From positions 672,001-736,000 of the forward strand of contig CAVSHB010000001.1 in assembly GCA_963727775.1 (NCBI GenBank): a stretch of DNA of 64,000 bases. The letters are read 5' to 3'. The position numbers were made by a program, and so were the translations under genes. The notes beneath the pieces are model-generated. The model was not told the DNA's origin, ran no database searches, and worked only from the letters and a program-made list of their open reading frames with translations. Shown piece by piece: positions 53,905 to 63,243 of the stretch (positions are counted from its first letter, which is position 1; each line of letters begins with the position of its first letter). The DNA is from an uncultured Nitrospiraceae bacterium (GTDB lineage Bacteria; Nitrospirota; Thermodesulfovibrionia; Thermodesulfovibrionales; SM23-35).

Positions 53905-54711
53905 ATGGACGAGAAAGAAAAAAAAGAAATTAAAAAGCTTGTGATAAAGACGTATGCGGCAGTCGCATCGTCAAAACAATCTTCGTGCATCCCTGTTTCG
54001 AGTTGCTGCGCTCCGGAAAATGATGCGGTAAGCCTTCTTGATGCAGGGAAGCGTCTCGGATACACTGACGAAGAGCTAAAAATAGGACTCGGCGAGGCAA
54101 ACCTCGGCCTTGGGTGCGGAAATCCGCATGCGATTGCGGATATAAAAGAAGGCGAGACAGTCCTCGACCTGGGAAGCGGCGCAGGGTTTGACGCCTTTCT
54201 ATCTTCTATGAAAACCGGACCGAATGGTCACGTAATCGGAATAGACATGACCCGGGAAATGGTTGCAAAAGCAAAGACCAACGCAGAAAAACTCGGGGTG
54301 AAGAATGTAGAATTCAGATTTGGCGAGATAGAACATCTTCCCGTAGAAGATTCTTTTATCGACGTGGTCATATCCAACTGTGTTATCAATCTTTCGCCTG
54401 ATAAGCAGGCTGTTTTCAATGAAGCGTTCAGAGTGTTAAAACCCAGGGGCAGGATTGCAATCTCGGACATCCTGAAAAAAGCCGAGTTCTCAGAGGCCAT
54501 CAGGCAGAATGAAAATGCATACAGCGGCTGAATTACCGGCTCTGTTCCCGTGGAGGAACTGCAAACCATCCTCAATAAAGCCGGGTTTATTAATATCGTT
54601 ATTGAAAATAAAGATAATAGCGATGAGATAATCAAAAGCTGGAACTTCGGCGCCGGTGTAGAAAAGATGGTCTTTTCAGCATATATCAAAGCAACAAAAC
54701 CAGTCGGGTAG
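53905..54711 (+). CDS. arsM: Arsenite methyltransferase ArsM, probable selenoprotein (UGA at 54529-54531 read as Sec)
   Basis: SSCC, LGLGCGNP, LDLGSGAGFD, DMT.EM, ISNCVINL, AYSG-UGA-ITGS followed by 59 open codons ending SAYIKATKPVG*. Confidence 0.88.
54544..54559 (+). promoter_or_regulatory. Putative bacterial SECIS hairpin
   Basis: GTTCC-CGTGGA-GGAAC; G near the start of the apical loop, about 18 nt after the UGA. Confidence 0.65.
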
Positions 54712-54823
54712 ATGTACCACCAATTGGCACGTCGAACTGTGTCCAAAAATAAATATACAATGAATACACTCATAGGTATGAGTGGCAAGAGGTTTGTTAC
54801 TAAACCGGTAGGCATGAAAATCT

Positions 54824-55861
54824 ATGAATAATACATCATCAGGAAAAGGCAAATTAATAGAAAGGCATATTAAACGTTTAAAGAAAATTCATCGGCGTCC
54901 TATATGCCTTGCAAATGGCGAGTGTGGCGGGGTAATTGGTAGATCACACACTATTTCCGAAGCAATGAGTCTCAAATCTATATCTGAGAATGATCATGTA
55001 TTGGTAAGGCAAATAAATCTTTTTGGAAAAACAGAGGATGAGCTTCTCGCTTTTAAAAATCTGAGCGTCCATGAGGCATTAGCGTTTCCCGGATTTTGTA
55101 ATCACCATGATACCACGCTGTTTAAATCTCTTGATCAATCACCATTTATAGCCACGCCTGAACAACTCTTTATGCAGGCGTATAGATGCGCGTGCAGAGA
55201 GTATTATTTCAAGGCATGTCAAATAGAAGCGTTTCCGGATGCTAATCAAATAGCAGAACTTCAGGGTCTCCGAAAAGAAGATAAATACAAGCTGTCGCCC
55301 GAGGCGGAGATTATCAAAATTGCTATGAATAGAGGTTTTGCCGATGTTGCTTATCATAAGGATAAGTTTGAAAGCCTCCTTAGCAATAATGACTTCAGGA
55401 GACTACAATCCTACATTATTTACGGGAAGTCGTCACCAGTTTTAGCTTGTGCAGGCTCTTTCGCTCCAGATTTCATTTCAAATGGCGAGTGTCTTCAAGA
55501 TTTTTCTGATTTCAAGATTAATCTGCAAAGTCTATTCGTATCGGTTATCCCCGACAAGACTGGCATATTTGTTCTATTGTCATTCTTTGACGATGACGCT
55601 TTTGCCCCTACGCGATTTATTAACGACCTCATTGTAGGAGGCAATCTTACACATAGAGTAATATGGATGTGCATGACACGAATTGAAAATTTGGCTGTTA
55701 GACCCTCATGGTGGAATGGGCTCTCAGCGTCAATACAGCAAAAGGTCACGGCAGCAGTCAACTACAATGCAGATCCATTCGATAGCAGACTCCCAACTTT
55801 TGACAGAATGCCTAACTTAGAAATTGCAGATTGGCAGGTCAGCCATCAATTCTGGACTTAA
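54824..55861 (+). CDS. Hypothetical protein (Cys/His-containing N-terminus)
   Basis: 345-aa ORF; C....C......SHTIS and FPGFCNHHD..LF motifs. Confidence 0.75.
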   Translation: MNNTSSGKGKLIERHIKRLKKIHRRPICLANGECGGVIGRSHTISEAMSLKSISENDHVLVRQINLFGKTEDELLAFKNLSVHEALAFPGFCNHHDTTLFKSLDQSPFIATPEQLFMQAYRCACREYYFKACQIEAFPDANQIAELQGLRKEDKYKLSPEAEIIKIAMNRGFADVAYHKDKFESLLSNNDFRRLQSYIIYGKSSPVLACAGSFAPDFISNGECLQDFSDFKINLQSLFVSVIPDKTGIFVLLSFFDDDAFAPTRFINDLIVGGNLTHRVIWMCMTRIENLAVRPSWWNGLSASIQQKVTAAVNYNADPFDSRLPTFDRMPNLEIADWQVSHQFWT

Positions 55862-56034
55862 ATGCCTAACACTTATAAGAAGAGCAATCAAAGGGGTCAA
55901 TTTCATTGTGACAGATTCTTCTTGATTCACATTATGAGGCTCCTTAGATAGCCTCAAATCTGATACGATATCATCATGAATCTAACTCTTTGTGATATCA
56001 TAATTTTATTGAATATGCACTGTGAGGTGAAAAA

Positions 56035-56232
56035 ATGAAAACTAAATTAAAAATGATTTACTGGAAAGGTGACAAGTTTTGGTTGGGGAAACTCCTTGCA
56101 CATCCTGAAATAATGACACAAGGTGAGACACTGGAAGAACTTGAAGAAAACATGAAAGATGCATACATGCTTATGACGATGGAGGATGTTCCGGAAAAAC
56201 ATAAAGTTAAAGAGCTCACCCTCTCGTTTTGA
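56035..56232 (+). CDS. hicB: HicB family antitoxin (short form)
   Basis: WLG.L..HP...TQGETLEELEENMKDAY. Confidence 0.88.
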   Translation: MKTKLKMIYWKGDKFWLGKLLAHPEIMTQGETLEELEENMKDAYMLMTMEDVPEKHKVKELTLSF

Positions 56233-56402
56233 AAAGAAAAGAATTGATAAAAAGAATCACATCTGCCGGCTGTCTTCTCATTAGGCACGGGCATTGTCAC
56301 GATCTTTACATAAACCACAAAACCGGTAAGAAGCAACCTGTCCCTCGCCATAATGAAATAGATGAAAACCTCGCAAGACATATAATAAAGGAATTGACAT
56401 AA
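56229..56402 (+). CDS. hicA: HicA family toxin (57 aa, missed by the ORF track)
   Basis: TTG start overlapping the hicB stop; MKRKELIKRITSAGCLLIRHGHCHDLYINHKTGKKQPVPRHNEIDENLARHIIKELT. Confidence 0.88.
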   Translation: MKRKELIKRITSAGCLLIRHGHCHDLYINHKTGKKQPVPRHNEIDENLARHIIKELT

Positions 56403-56472
56403 TCGGGTAAGGGACGGTAATTAACCGTACCTTACCACACCATCCTGCATGCGGGTCCATACGGGGCGGTTC
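56402..56472 (-). mobile_element. Group II (class C) intron 3' remnant: domains V and VI
   Basis: Reverse strand GAACCGCCCCGTATGGACCCGCATGCAGGATGGTGTGG-TAAGGTACGGTTAATTACCGTCCCTTACCCGAT; CGC triad, AY 3' end. Confidence 0.75.
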
Positions 56473-56504
56473 GCAGAAAGCCGCGAGGCCGTTTAAATGG
56501 AGTC

Positions 56505-58340
56505 TTATTTCGAAAAATAAATATCTTCTTCGACAGCGCCATGGAGCCCACGCGTATCCGTCCAGACCACATAAGGTTTGCCGTTATTAACTGTGACCCA
56601 GATATAGTCACCGAGAAACCCCGCCTGGATGGGATTATTAGCAGGCGTCAAATTAGGCATTGAAGAGGTTGTGATTCGTTTATACGTTATCTTGGGTGAA
56701 ATAGAAATGGGCTTTTTAACCGTTGCCAGTGTAATGTCGTTACATCCTGTAAATTCACAGTTACCGTAAGAACGGTCGTAGTAGACCAAAAAAAGGCTGG
56801 AGCCATCCGGCGCTATGGCGCTCCAGGACTGCCACTGTGCAGTTGGTCCGAACTTGGAGGCAGGTGTGACGTTGATGGGGTTATTCCAGTTGATGCCGCC
56901 ATCTGTCGAAAAAGTAAAGAACACGTCATTGTCACAGGGAGGTGTTGCACTCGAAGCCTGGCCATCTGCGGCATTATTCCAGTCACAGCTTCCGCCGACA
57001 CCATTGCGGAAATCCGCCCAAACAAAATAGAGGTCGCCCTTTTTATCGACGGACAAAGACCCGGTAGTATCGTCCCCTACGCGATAACCGTTTGGTGGAA
57101 GGCATTGGTCTCCGGAAGAGCAGCCGGTTACTGAACTGGGACCGAACGGTTGCTTGCTGATGTCATCGGTGATCTTGATAGGCGCTGTCCAGTTTGCTGC
57201 GAGACTGCAGTCTTTTGTTGACGGGCAGGAGACAATCAAAAACTGATTAACGCCATCGAGGGGGGTGTTCGTATTATTAAATGATACATATATCGTTCCA
57301 TCCGGGTCGACTATCGGGTCAGATCCCTGGTCCTGGTCGCACTGATTTGCATTTGCCGAACCGCTGAAAGCAGTGCAGGCCGGGCTTGCGCCGCTGATCT
57401 CTACGCCGGGCGACCATGTAGCGCCGCCATCTGTGGATTGGCTGAAATATATAGGGCTGTTAAATCCTGTGCCGTTTCCTGTGGCTGAGTTAAACCGTGT
57501 CCATGTTGCATATACGTTATTTTTTTTCGGACTGGCCGGGTTGCTGTCGGCTATGGCAAAATCTTTGTCGTTGAGGACATTAGGATCGTTGTCATTTGCT
57601 ATAACCCCGAGGGTTTCGGTGTCATAAGTCTGGAAGGGGATAGTTGAATCCGGACTATGATAAAAAGCTCCGCCTATGGGGAAGTTTGATTTGGCGACGA
57701 CAAGCGCGCTTGCGGGTGAGACAATGTCAAAGAGCAGCCCTACGATATACGCATTGCCGCCGGCGTCGAATGTAACAGTAGGGTCGCTGCACGCGTCCGC
57801 TGTATGATCATCTGCCATCAGGAATTGGTAGAAGGGCGGGATTAGGTCTCCCCACGTATTGCCGCCGTCGAAAGACCAGGCATAGCCGCATCGGTTGTAC
57901 CCGAGACGGGAATCATTTGCTCCAGCGATAAGATTCCGGGAATTTAAAGGATTGACGGCAATTACCGTCTCAGCTTGCCGACGCAGTGAGCAGTCCTGAT
58001 TTACCCGAATGTTCTTGATCCCACCTTTATTAAAGACATTTTGGCATCCTTGAGTGTGGTCAAGGGATTTAATGACGGGGAGCGATTGTTGTAAAGAAAT
58101 GCCCCCGATATCGGCTTTACTGACGGATTTTCCCGCAGTCTCAAGAAAAGTACGAAGCGGGGCCGATGAAATTAAATGTTCATGTGAAGCTCGGTGCACA
58201 GATCCCAGGTGGATACTAATAGCGCGGCGCAAAACCTGATTTTCACTTTTTATTGTATCCGCTTGACCTGCACAAAGCGCAGGAGCTGTAAAGATAAGGA
58301 CAAATAGGGAAGCCACAAACAAATAAATCTTTGCTTTCAT
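56505..58340 (-). CDS. Secreted BNR/Asp-box (sialidase-like beta-propeller) protein
   Basis: Signal peptide MKAKIYL; Asp-boxes SFDGGNTW, STDGGATW, STDGGINW; FLGDY. Confidence 0.88.
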   Translation of the reverse strand: MKAKIYLFVASLFVLIFTAPALCAGQADTIKSENQVLRRAISIHLGSVHRASHEHLISSAPLRTFLETAGKSVSKADIGGISLQQSLPVIKSLDHTQGCQNVFNKGGIKNIRVNQDCSLRRQAETVIAVNPLNSRNLIAGANDSRLGYNRCGYAWSFDGGNTWGDLIPPFYQFLMADDHTADACSDPTVTFDAGGNAYIVGLLFDIVSPASALVVAKSNFPIGGAFYHSPDSTIPFQTYDTETLGVIANDNDPNVLNDKDFAIADSNPASPKKNNVYATWTRFNSATGNGTGFNSPIYFSQSTDGGATWSPGVEISGASPACTAFSGSANANQCDQDQGSDPIVDPDGTIYVSFNNTNTPLDGVNQFLIVSCPSTKDCSLAANWTAPIKITDDISKQPFGPSSVTGCSSGDQCLPPNGYRVGDDTTGSLSVDKKGDLYFVWADFRNGVGGSCDWNNAADGQASSATPPCDNDVFFTFSTDGGINWNNPINVTPASKFGPTAQWQSWSAIAPDGSSLFLVYYDRSYGNCEFTGCNDITLATVKKPISISPKITYKRITTSSMPNLTPANNPIQAGFLGDYIWVTVNNGKPYVVWTDTRGLHGAVEEDIYFSK

Positions 58341-58478
58341 TTTATCTTCCTCCTTTATAGTCAAAATAATATCATCAAAATCAAAGTCTGCATAGCGCAA
58401 CAAAAAAGCACGCATTTTTTTTAATACGGGTTATATGTACAAACCCGGAAATATCTACTATACTTTGAATGTATTTTA

Positions 58479-60638
58479 ATGAAACTATTAGGAATGTTAG
58501 GAATGGCTTGCGATCTTGTCCATAAGACGAACAGGAAAATCTCAAACGGCAGATATTATCCTTTGGGCGCCACAGTATATGATGACGGCGTAAATTTTGC
58601 GCTTTATTCCCGGAACGCAACTGAAGTATTCCTCCTCCTTTTCGATAAAGCGGACAGCGGTCCGACAGATGTCATAAAACTTGAGAACCGTACAAAATAT
58701 ATATGGTACACATTTGTTCACGGTATAAAGTCAGGACAGTTGTATGGATATAAGGTCAGAGGAGATTTCAGGCCTGAATACGGCCTGCGCTTTAATGAAA
58801 ACAAACTTCTTATGGACCCCTATGCAAAGGCCCTGACGGGCAAGTTTATTAACAGGGATAACCTTCTCCTTGCATATAATCCCGATCATTCTGCAAAAGA
58901 CCTGACATACGACGAACGCGACAACACACTTATTGTGCCGAAGTCCATAGTCATAGATGACAAGTTTGACTGGAAGGGGGATGTGCATCCGGACATTCCT
59001 TTGGAAAAAGTATTTATTTATGAAGTCCATCTAAAAGGTTTTACTGCACACAAGTCTTCCGGCGTTACCTGTCCCGGAACTTATCTCGGTTTCATAAAAA
59101 AAATCCCTTATCTCAAAGACCTGGGAATAAACGCTGTCGAGATTTTGCCTGTTCATGAATTCTATGTCGATGATTTTCTGCTGAATAAGGGACTGACGAA
59201 TTACTGGGGCTATAACACTATAGGTTTCTTTGCGCCTGAATCATCATACAGCACGAACAGCAGTCCGGGCTGTCAGGTGAATGAGTTCAAAACGCTCGTT
59301 CGGGAACTCCATAAAGCCGGCATCGAGGTAATACTGGATGTGGTATACAACCATACCTGCGAAGGCAATGAACTCGGTCCGACAATCTGCTTTAAGGGCA
59401 TAGATAACCCTACCTATTATGCCCTTACGGGAACGCCTTCGAATCCGTACCGGTATTATATGAACTATACGGGTTGCGGCAACACGGTCAATCTTGCAAA
59501 TGCTCATGTCATAAGATTTGTAATGGACTCGCTGAGATACTGGGTGGAGCAGATGCACGTCGACGGATTCAGATTTGACCTTGCTTCAGTCCTGGGGCGC
59601 GAGGGGGGGATATTCCAAAATTCAGCAAGCTTTTTCGACGCTGTCTCGCAGGACCCTGTATTAAACAGGATAAAGCTGATTGCCGAGCCATGGGACCTCG
59701 GTACCTATCAGGTTGGGAATTTCCCCATAGACTGGTCTGAATGGAATGGAAGATTCAGAGATACCATAAGGAAATTCGGGAAAGGTGACGGCGGGCTGAT
59801 ATGCGATCTCGGATGGAGATTAACAGGCTCCGCTGATTTATATAAGGACGACGGCAGGTCTGCATATAACAGCATAAATTTTATAACCTGCCATGACGGT
59901 TTTACACTGAAAGATCTCGTCTCCTATAATTACAAGCATAATGAGGCCAATCTTGAAAACAATAACGACGGGACCAATGACAATAATTCATGGAACTGCG
60001 GGGCTGAGGGAGAGACGGACGATCCCGACATCATCAGATTGAGGAAACAGCTTGTAAAGAATTATATCTGCTGGCTACTGTTTTCCTCCGGTACCCCGAT
60101 GATACTCGGAGGCGACGAATTCTTGAGAACGCAGGAGGGCAATAACAACGCTTACTGTCAGGACAATGAGATAAGCTGGTTTAACTGGGGCGATATAAAG
60201 AAGAACTCCGATATCCGGGAATTTTTTAAAAAAGCAATTGCGTTTACCAATAAATATACCGTCCTTCAGCAAAGGAAGTTTTTTTCAGGAAAGGACATGG
60301 ACGGTGACACAATACCCGATATCTCATGGTTTGGAAAAGACCTTGATAAGCCTTCATGGGATGATTACGAACTGCGTACTCTGGCCTATTTGCTCGATCC
60401 CGATGAAGGCGCTTCGGGGTCTGACGATTATTTTCTCTTCATTATACTTAATGCTGATTTCAATCCCCGGACAGTGAAGATACCCCGGCTTCCGGGAGAA
60501 AGAAAATGGCACAGGGTAATCGACACAAGCCTTAACAGCGGCGATGATTTTCTTGATAAAGGCAGGGAGATGCTGCTTGCCCCCCAGGATTATTATCCGG
60601 CAAAGCCACGGAGCACGGTCGTCCTTCTTGGCGTTTGA
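58479..60638 (+). CDS. glgX: Glycogen debranching enzyme (isoamylase)
   Basis: YPLGAT, NYWGY, DVVYNH, VDGFRFDLA, IAEPWD, TCHDGFTL, GNNNAYCQDN. Confidence 0.97.
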   Translation: MKLLGMLGMACDLVHKTNRKISNGRYYPLGATVYDDGVNFALYSRNATEVFLLLFDKADSGPTDVIKLENRTKYIWYTFVHGIKSGQLYGYKVRGDFRPEYGLRFNENKLLMDPYAKALTGKFINRDNLLLAYNPDHSAKDLTYDERDNTLIVPKSIVIDDKFDWKGDVHPDIPLEKVFIYEVHLKGFTAHKSSGVTCPGTYLGFIKKIPYLKDLGINAVEILPVHEFYVDDFLLNKGLTNYWGYNTIGFFAPESSYSTNSSPGCQVNEFKTLVRELHKAGIEVILDVVYNHTCEGNELGPTICFKGIDNPTYYALTGTPSNPYRYYMNYTGCGNTVNLANAHVIRFVMDSLRYWVEQMHVDGFRFDLASVLGREGGIFQNSASFFDAVSQDPVLNRIKLIAEPWDLGTYQVGNFPIDWSEWNGRFRDTIRKFGKGDGGLICDLGWRLTGSADLYKDDGRSAYNSINFITCHDGFTLKDLVSYNYKHNEANLENNNDGTNDNNSWNCGAEGETDDPDIIRLRKQLVKNYICWLLFSSGTPMILGGDEFLRTQEGNNNAYCQDNEISWFNWGDIKKNSDIREFFKKAIAFTNKYTVLQQRKFFSGKDMDGDTIPDISWFGKDLDKPSWDDYELRTLAYLLDPDEGASGSDDYFLFIILNADFNPRTVKIPRLPGERKWHRVIDTSLNSGDDFLDKGREMLLAPQDYYPAKPRSTVVLLGV

Positions 60639-60671
60639 ACATTTACCCCACTTAATTCCTATAATTTGCGG

Positions 60672-60786
60672 TTGCCGACAGATACAGTATTTGCGCTCAT
60701 TCTCGGCCCAGTACGAATCGGGCCTCCGAGGTAAATTCTTTCTTCGAAAGAATTTAAAACCGCGCAAATACTGTATCTGTCGGCAA
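60672..60786 (+). repeat. Structured intergenic repeat, copy B
   Basis: Perfect outer stem TTGCCGACAGATACAGTATTTGCG / CGCAAATACTGTATCTGTCGGCAA with the same core as copy A. Confidence 0.9.
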
Positions 60787-60819
60787 TTTTATGGATAGTG
60801 ATAGCGCAGGCTAACTCAT

Positions 60820-60991
60820 ATTATTCATAAATATTTTGTTCGACCAGAGCAGATGCAGTATCAGAGCGGCTTTACAGAGTGTTCGACGCCTTAAAGCGAC
60901 GGACACTCTGTACCTCGGAGGTCCGCAAAAGCGGACCGAGAATGAGCGATGATACTGCATCTGCTCTGACTGCCAATACGTTCTGAATAAT
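60820..60991 (-). repeat. Structured intergenic repeat, copy C (inverted relative to B)
   Basis: Outer stem CAGAGCAGATGCAGTATCA / TGATACTGCATCTGCTCTG; same core on the reverse strand; ends ATTATTCA/TGAATAAT. Confidence 0.85.
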
Positions 60992-60996
60992 CTGCG

Positions 60997-61704
60997 CTAA
61001 TGTCTTTTTACCCATGCAATTGCTTTTTCGTAACAATCAAATAGCCGCTCACGCCTTTTGAATTCTGCGGAATGTATCAGTCTCCTTCCGTTTTTCTTTT
61101 CCTCCTGCATATCACTATGGAGCATCTCGTGGTACAGGATAAACTTGAGAAAAAATTTCGGGACATGTTTTCTGTCCAAACAGGTATGAATCCTTATGGT
61201 CTTTGTCTGAATGCTGTAACTGCCCAGAGTGCGCCATCTCACCGCCCAACGCGGACTCTTATTCCCCCAGGTGATTGAGGCTGTAATTCTACCCCCGAAA
61301 TATTCGTTATTAACAGAGTCAAAAAGCGCCTTCAGGTCATGATACTTCCCGATCGTACGCGCACTGATTGTTCTTGAGGGTTTCTTTCTGAGACAATGCC
61401 GGTTTTCTTTTATAAAGTTTCCGATGAGACGAGTCCTGTATTTCCTATTTATTATGAATTCGGCAATCTCTTTGATAACGTCGCCTCCGGCCCGGAGGAA
61501 CATCCAGTGGAGTCTCACAAAAACCGATTTACCTTTTGTCTTTATTGAAAGCATGCTCGTGGAATTGTCTGTAATAAACAGGGAGAGGGGTTTACCGGTC
61601 TTTGTTATAAGATAGTCCTCAAGAGTATTCCTGTCGTGCGTGATAAGCAGGCTTAACTGACCCGATGAACTCAGATTCTCATGTCTCCGGTTTATCAAGG
61701 ACAT
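60997..61704 (-). CDS. SprT-like zinc metalloprotease domain protein
   Basis: VRLHWMF, N.EYF.G, LGSY, YHEMLH (HExxH), HSAEF. Confidence 0.85.
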   Translation of the reverse strand: MSLINRRHENLSSSGQLSLLITHDRNTLEDYLITKTGKPLSLFITDNSTSMLSIKTKGKSVFVRLHWMFLRAGGDVIKEIAEFIINRKYRTRLIGNFIKENRHCLRKKPSRTISARTIGKYHDLKALFDSVNNEYFGGRITASITWGNKSPRWAVRWRTLGSYSIQTKTIRIHTCLDRKHVPKFFLKFILYHEMLHSDMQEEKKNGRRLIHSAEFKRRERLFDCYEKAIAWVKRH

Positions 61705-61942
61705 CTGCGAGAAACGGCAGAAGAAAAAAACCGCCGGGAAGTAAAAATATCGCGATTATCGGAACCACCTTGGATATATTTTTCAGGTGTATTTTTATCT
61801 TTTTTTTCTCGTCTTTTGTCCAGGATTGTTCGGTGTTTCTATACTTCAACATAAGCTCCATAAACCCTTTGATCTCAAGGACCTCTTTCATAATGAAGTC
61901 CCTGTTTTGCAGAAGTAGCCGTTTAAAGTAGTTCATTTTCAT
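61679..61942 (-). CDS. Small hypothetical protein (LETM1-like segment)
   Basis: LMLKYRN....WT..EK...P...IFLLPGG..LLP. Confidence 0.7.
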   Translation of the reverse strand: MKMNYFKRLLLQNRDFIMKEVLEIKGFMELMLKYRNTEQSWTKDEKKKIKIHLKNISKVVPIIAIFLLPGGFFLLPFLADVLDKPET

Positions 61943-62055
61943 TTGCAGCGGTCTCTATATCTTAATCTTTATATTGTAATCATGGAACAGTACTAAATAA
62001 AGAGATATTTTTGGAATTGCAGTTTTTTGGGTATTGCGGTCTGCCGGGCATATCA

Positions 62056-62104
62056 TAACCCCACCCTTCCTCCCCTTATCTTAAGGGGAGGTGAGGAGGG
62101 GTTA
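62056..62104. repeat. Palindromic REP-like hairpin
   Basis: TAACCCCACCCTTCCTCCCCTTA-TCT-TAAGGGGAGGTGAGGAGGGGTTA. Confidence 0.65.
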
Positions 62105-62187
62105 CATCTGCTACCGCGTGTATCAAAATTAAATCCTGTCGATTTGCAGGAGTTTTTCAGCACATCTTACTTCTGACCAATGAAACA

Positions 62188-62979
62188 TTAAGGTTGTTTT
62201 TCTTTAAATATCTCTTTGAAAAAGGTCTTCATTGACTCCCAGGAACGTTTGTCGGCTTTCTCGTTATAAGCCACTCCTTTAATACCGAGGCTATCCGCTT
62301 CCGGGTTGGTAAAGCTGTGTTCGGCGTTGCCGTAAATATTCACTTCCCAGTCAACTCCTGCATTGCGCATCTCATCCTGAAGTGCCTCAACCTTTTCGCG
62401 GGTCTGGAACGGATCATTTGCACCGTGCAGAACGAGCACAGATCCCTTAATATTTTTTGCGTCAGCCGGATTCGGCGTATCAAGACCGCCATGAAAACTT
62501 ACAACGCCGTTAAGACTTGCGCCGCTCCTGGCCAGCTCAAGGACGGTTGTACCTCCAAAACAGTAACCGATAGCGGCAATCCGCCCTGTATCGACGAGCT
62601 TATTTTTCCTGAGGACATCGAGTCCCGCCTTTGCGCGTGAGCGCATCAATTGCCTGTCTTTCACATAAACGCCTGACAGTTCTCCCGCTTTCTTAGGGTC
62701 CTGCGTGTTTTTCCCTTTTCCATACATATCGATTGCAAAAGCTATATACCCGAGTTTTGCCAGAGTTTCTGCGCGTTCTTCGATATGCTTGTTAAGTCCC
62801 CACCATTCGTGTACAACAACTACACCCGGGCGCTTCTCTTTGATTGAATCATCATACGCCAGGTACCCTTGGAGTAATACATCTCCGTCTTTATAATCGA
62901 TATGCTCAGTGCGCAAGGCAGCGTATGCGTTTGTAAATATCATCATGCTGATCATCACGATAAATAAACATGTTTTCAT
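62188..62979 (-). CDS. Dienelactone hydrolase family protein (exported)
   Basis: HEWWGL, GYCFGG, SFHG, HGA.DP, HSFTNP. Confidence 0.93.
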   Translation of the reverse strand: MKTCLFIVMISMMIFTNAYAALRTEHIDYKDGDVLLQGYLAYDDSIKEKRPGVVVVHEWWGLNKHIEERAETLAKLGYIAFAIDMYGKGKNTQDPKKAGELSGVYVKDRQLMRSRAKAGLDVLRKNKLVDTGRIAAIGYCFGGTTVLELARSGASLNGVVSFHGGLDTPNPADAKNIKGSVLVLHGANDPFQTREKVEALQDEMRNAGVDWEVNIYGNAEHSFTNPEADSLGIKGVAYNEKADKRSWESMKTFFKEIFKEKQP

Positions 62980-63207
62980 CTTGACCTCCTTTTCGGTTTG
63001 TTCTCAAAATTACTGGTTTGTCGTATAATAACTCTCTCTGCCATAATGCCTCCTTTGTTTTATGTGCTGTTCAATTCTGTATTAAATATTATAAAGTCTA
63101 CCTTAAATCGTATTTTCTTTTATGAAAACACCCATAAATGCTTATATTACAATAGATTACCGTGTATTTGGCTTTCAAATGTAGCCATATAATATAGCAT
63201 TTTATAG

Positions 63208-63236
63208 TTGACATAGTGGTAATCATATCCTATAAT
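63208..63236 (+). promoter_or_regulatory. Consensus sigma70 promoter of the IS1634-like transposase
   Basis: TTGACA-17 nt-TATAAT, ATG 7 nt downstream. Confidence 0.8.
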
Positions 63237-63243
63237 AGTAGCC

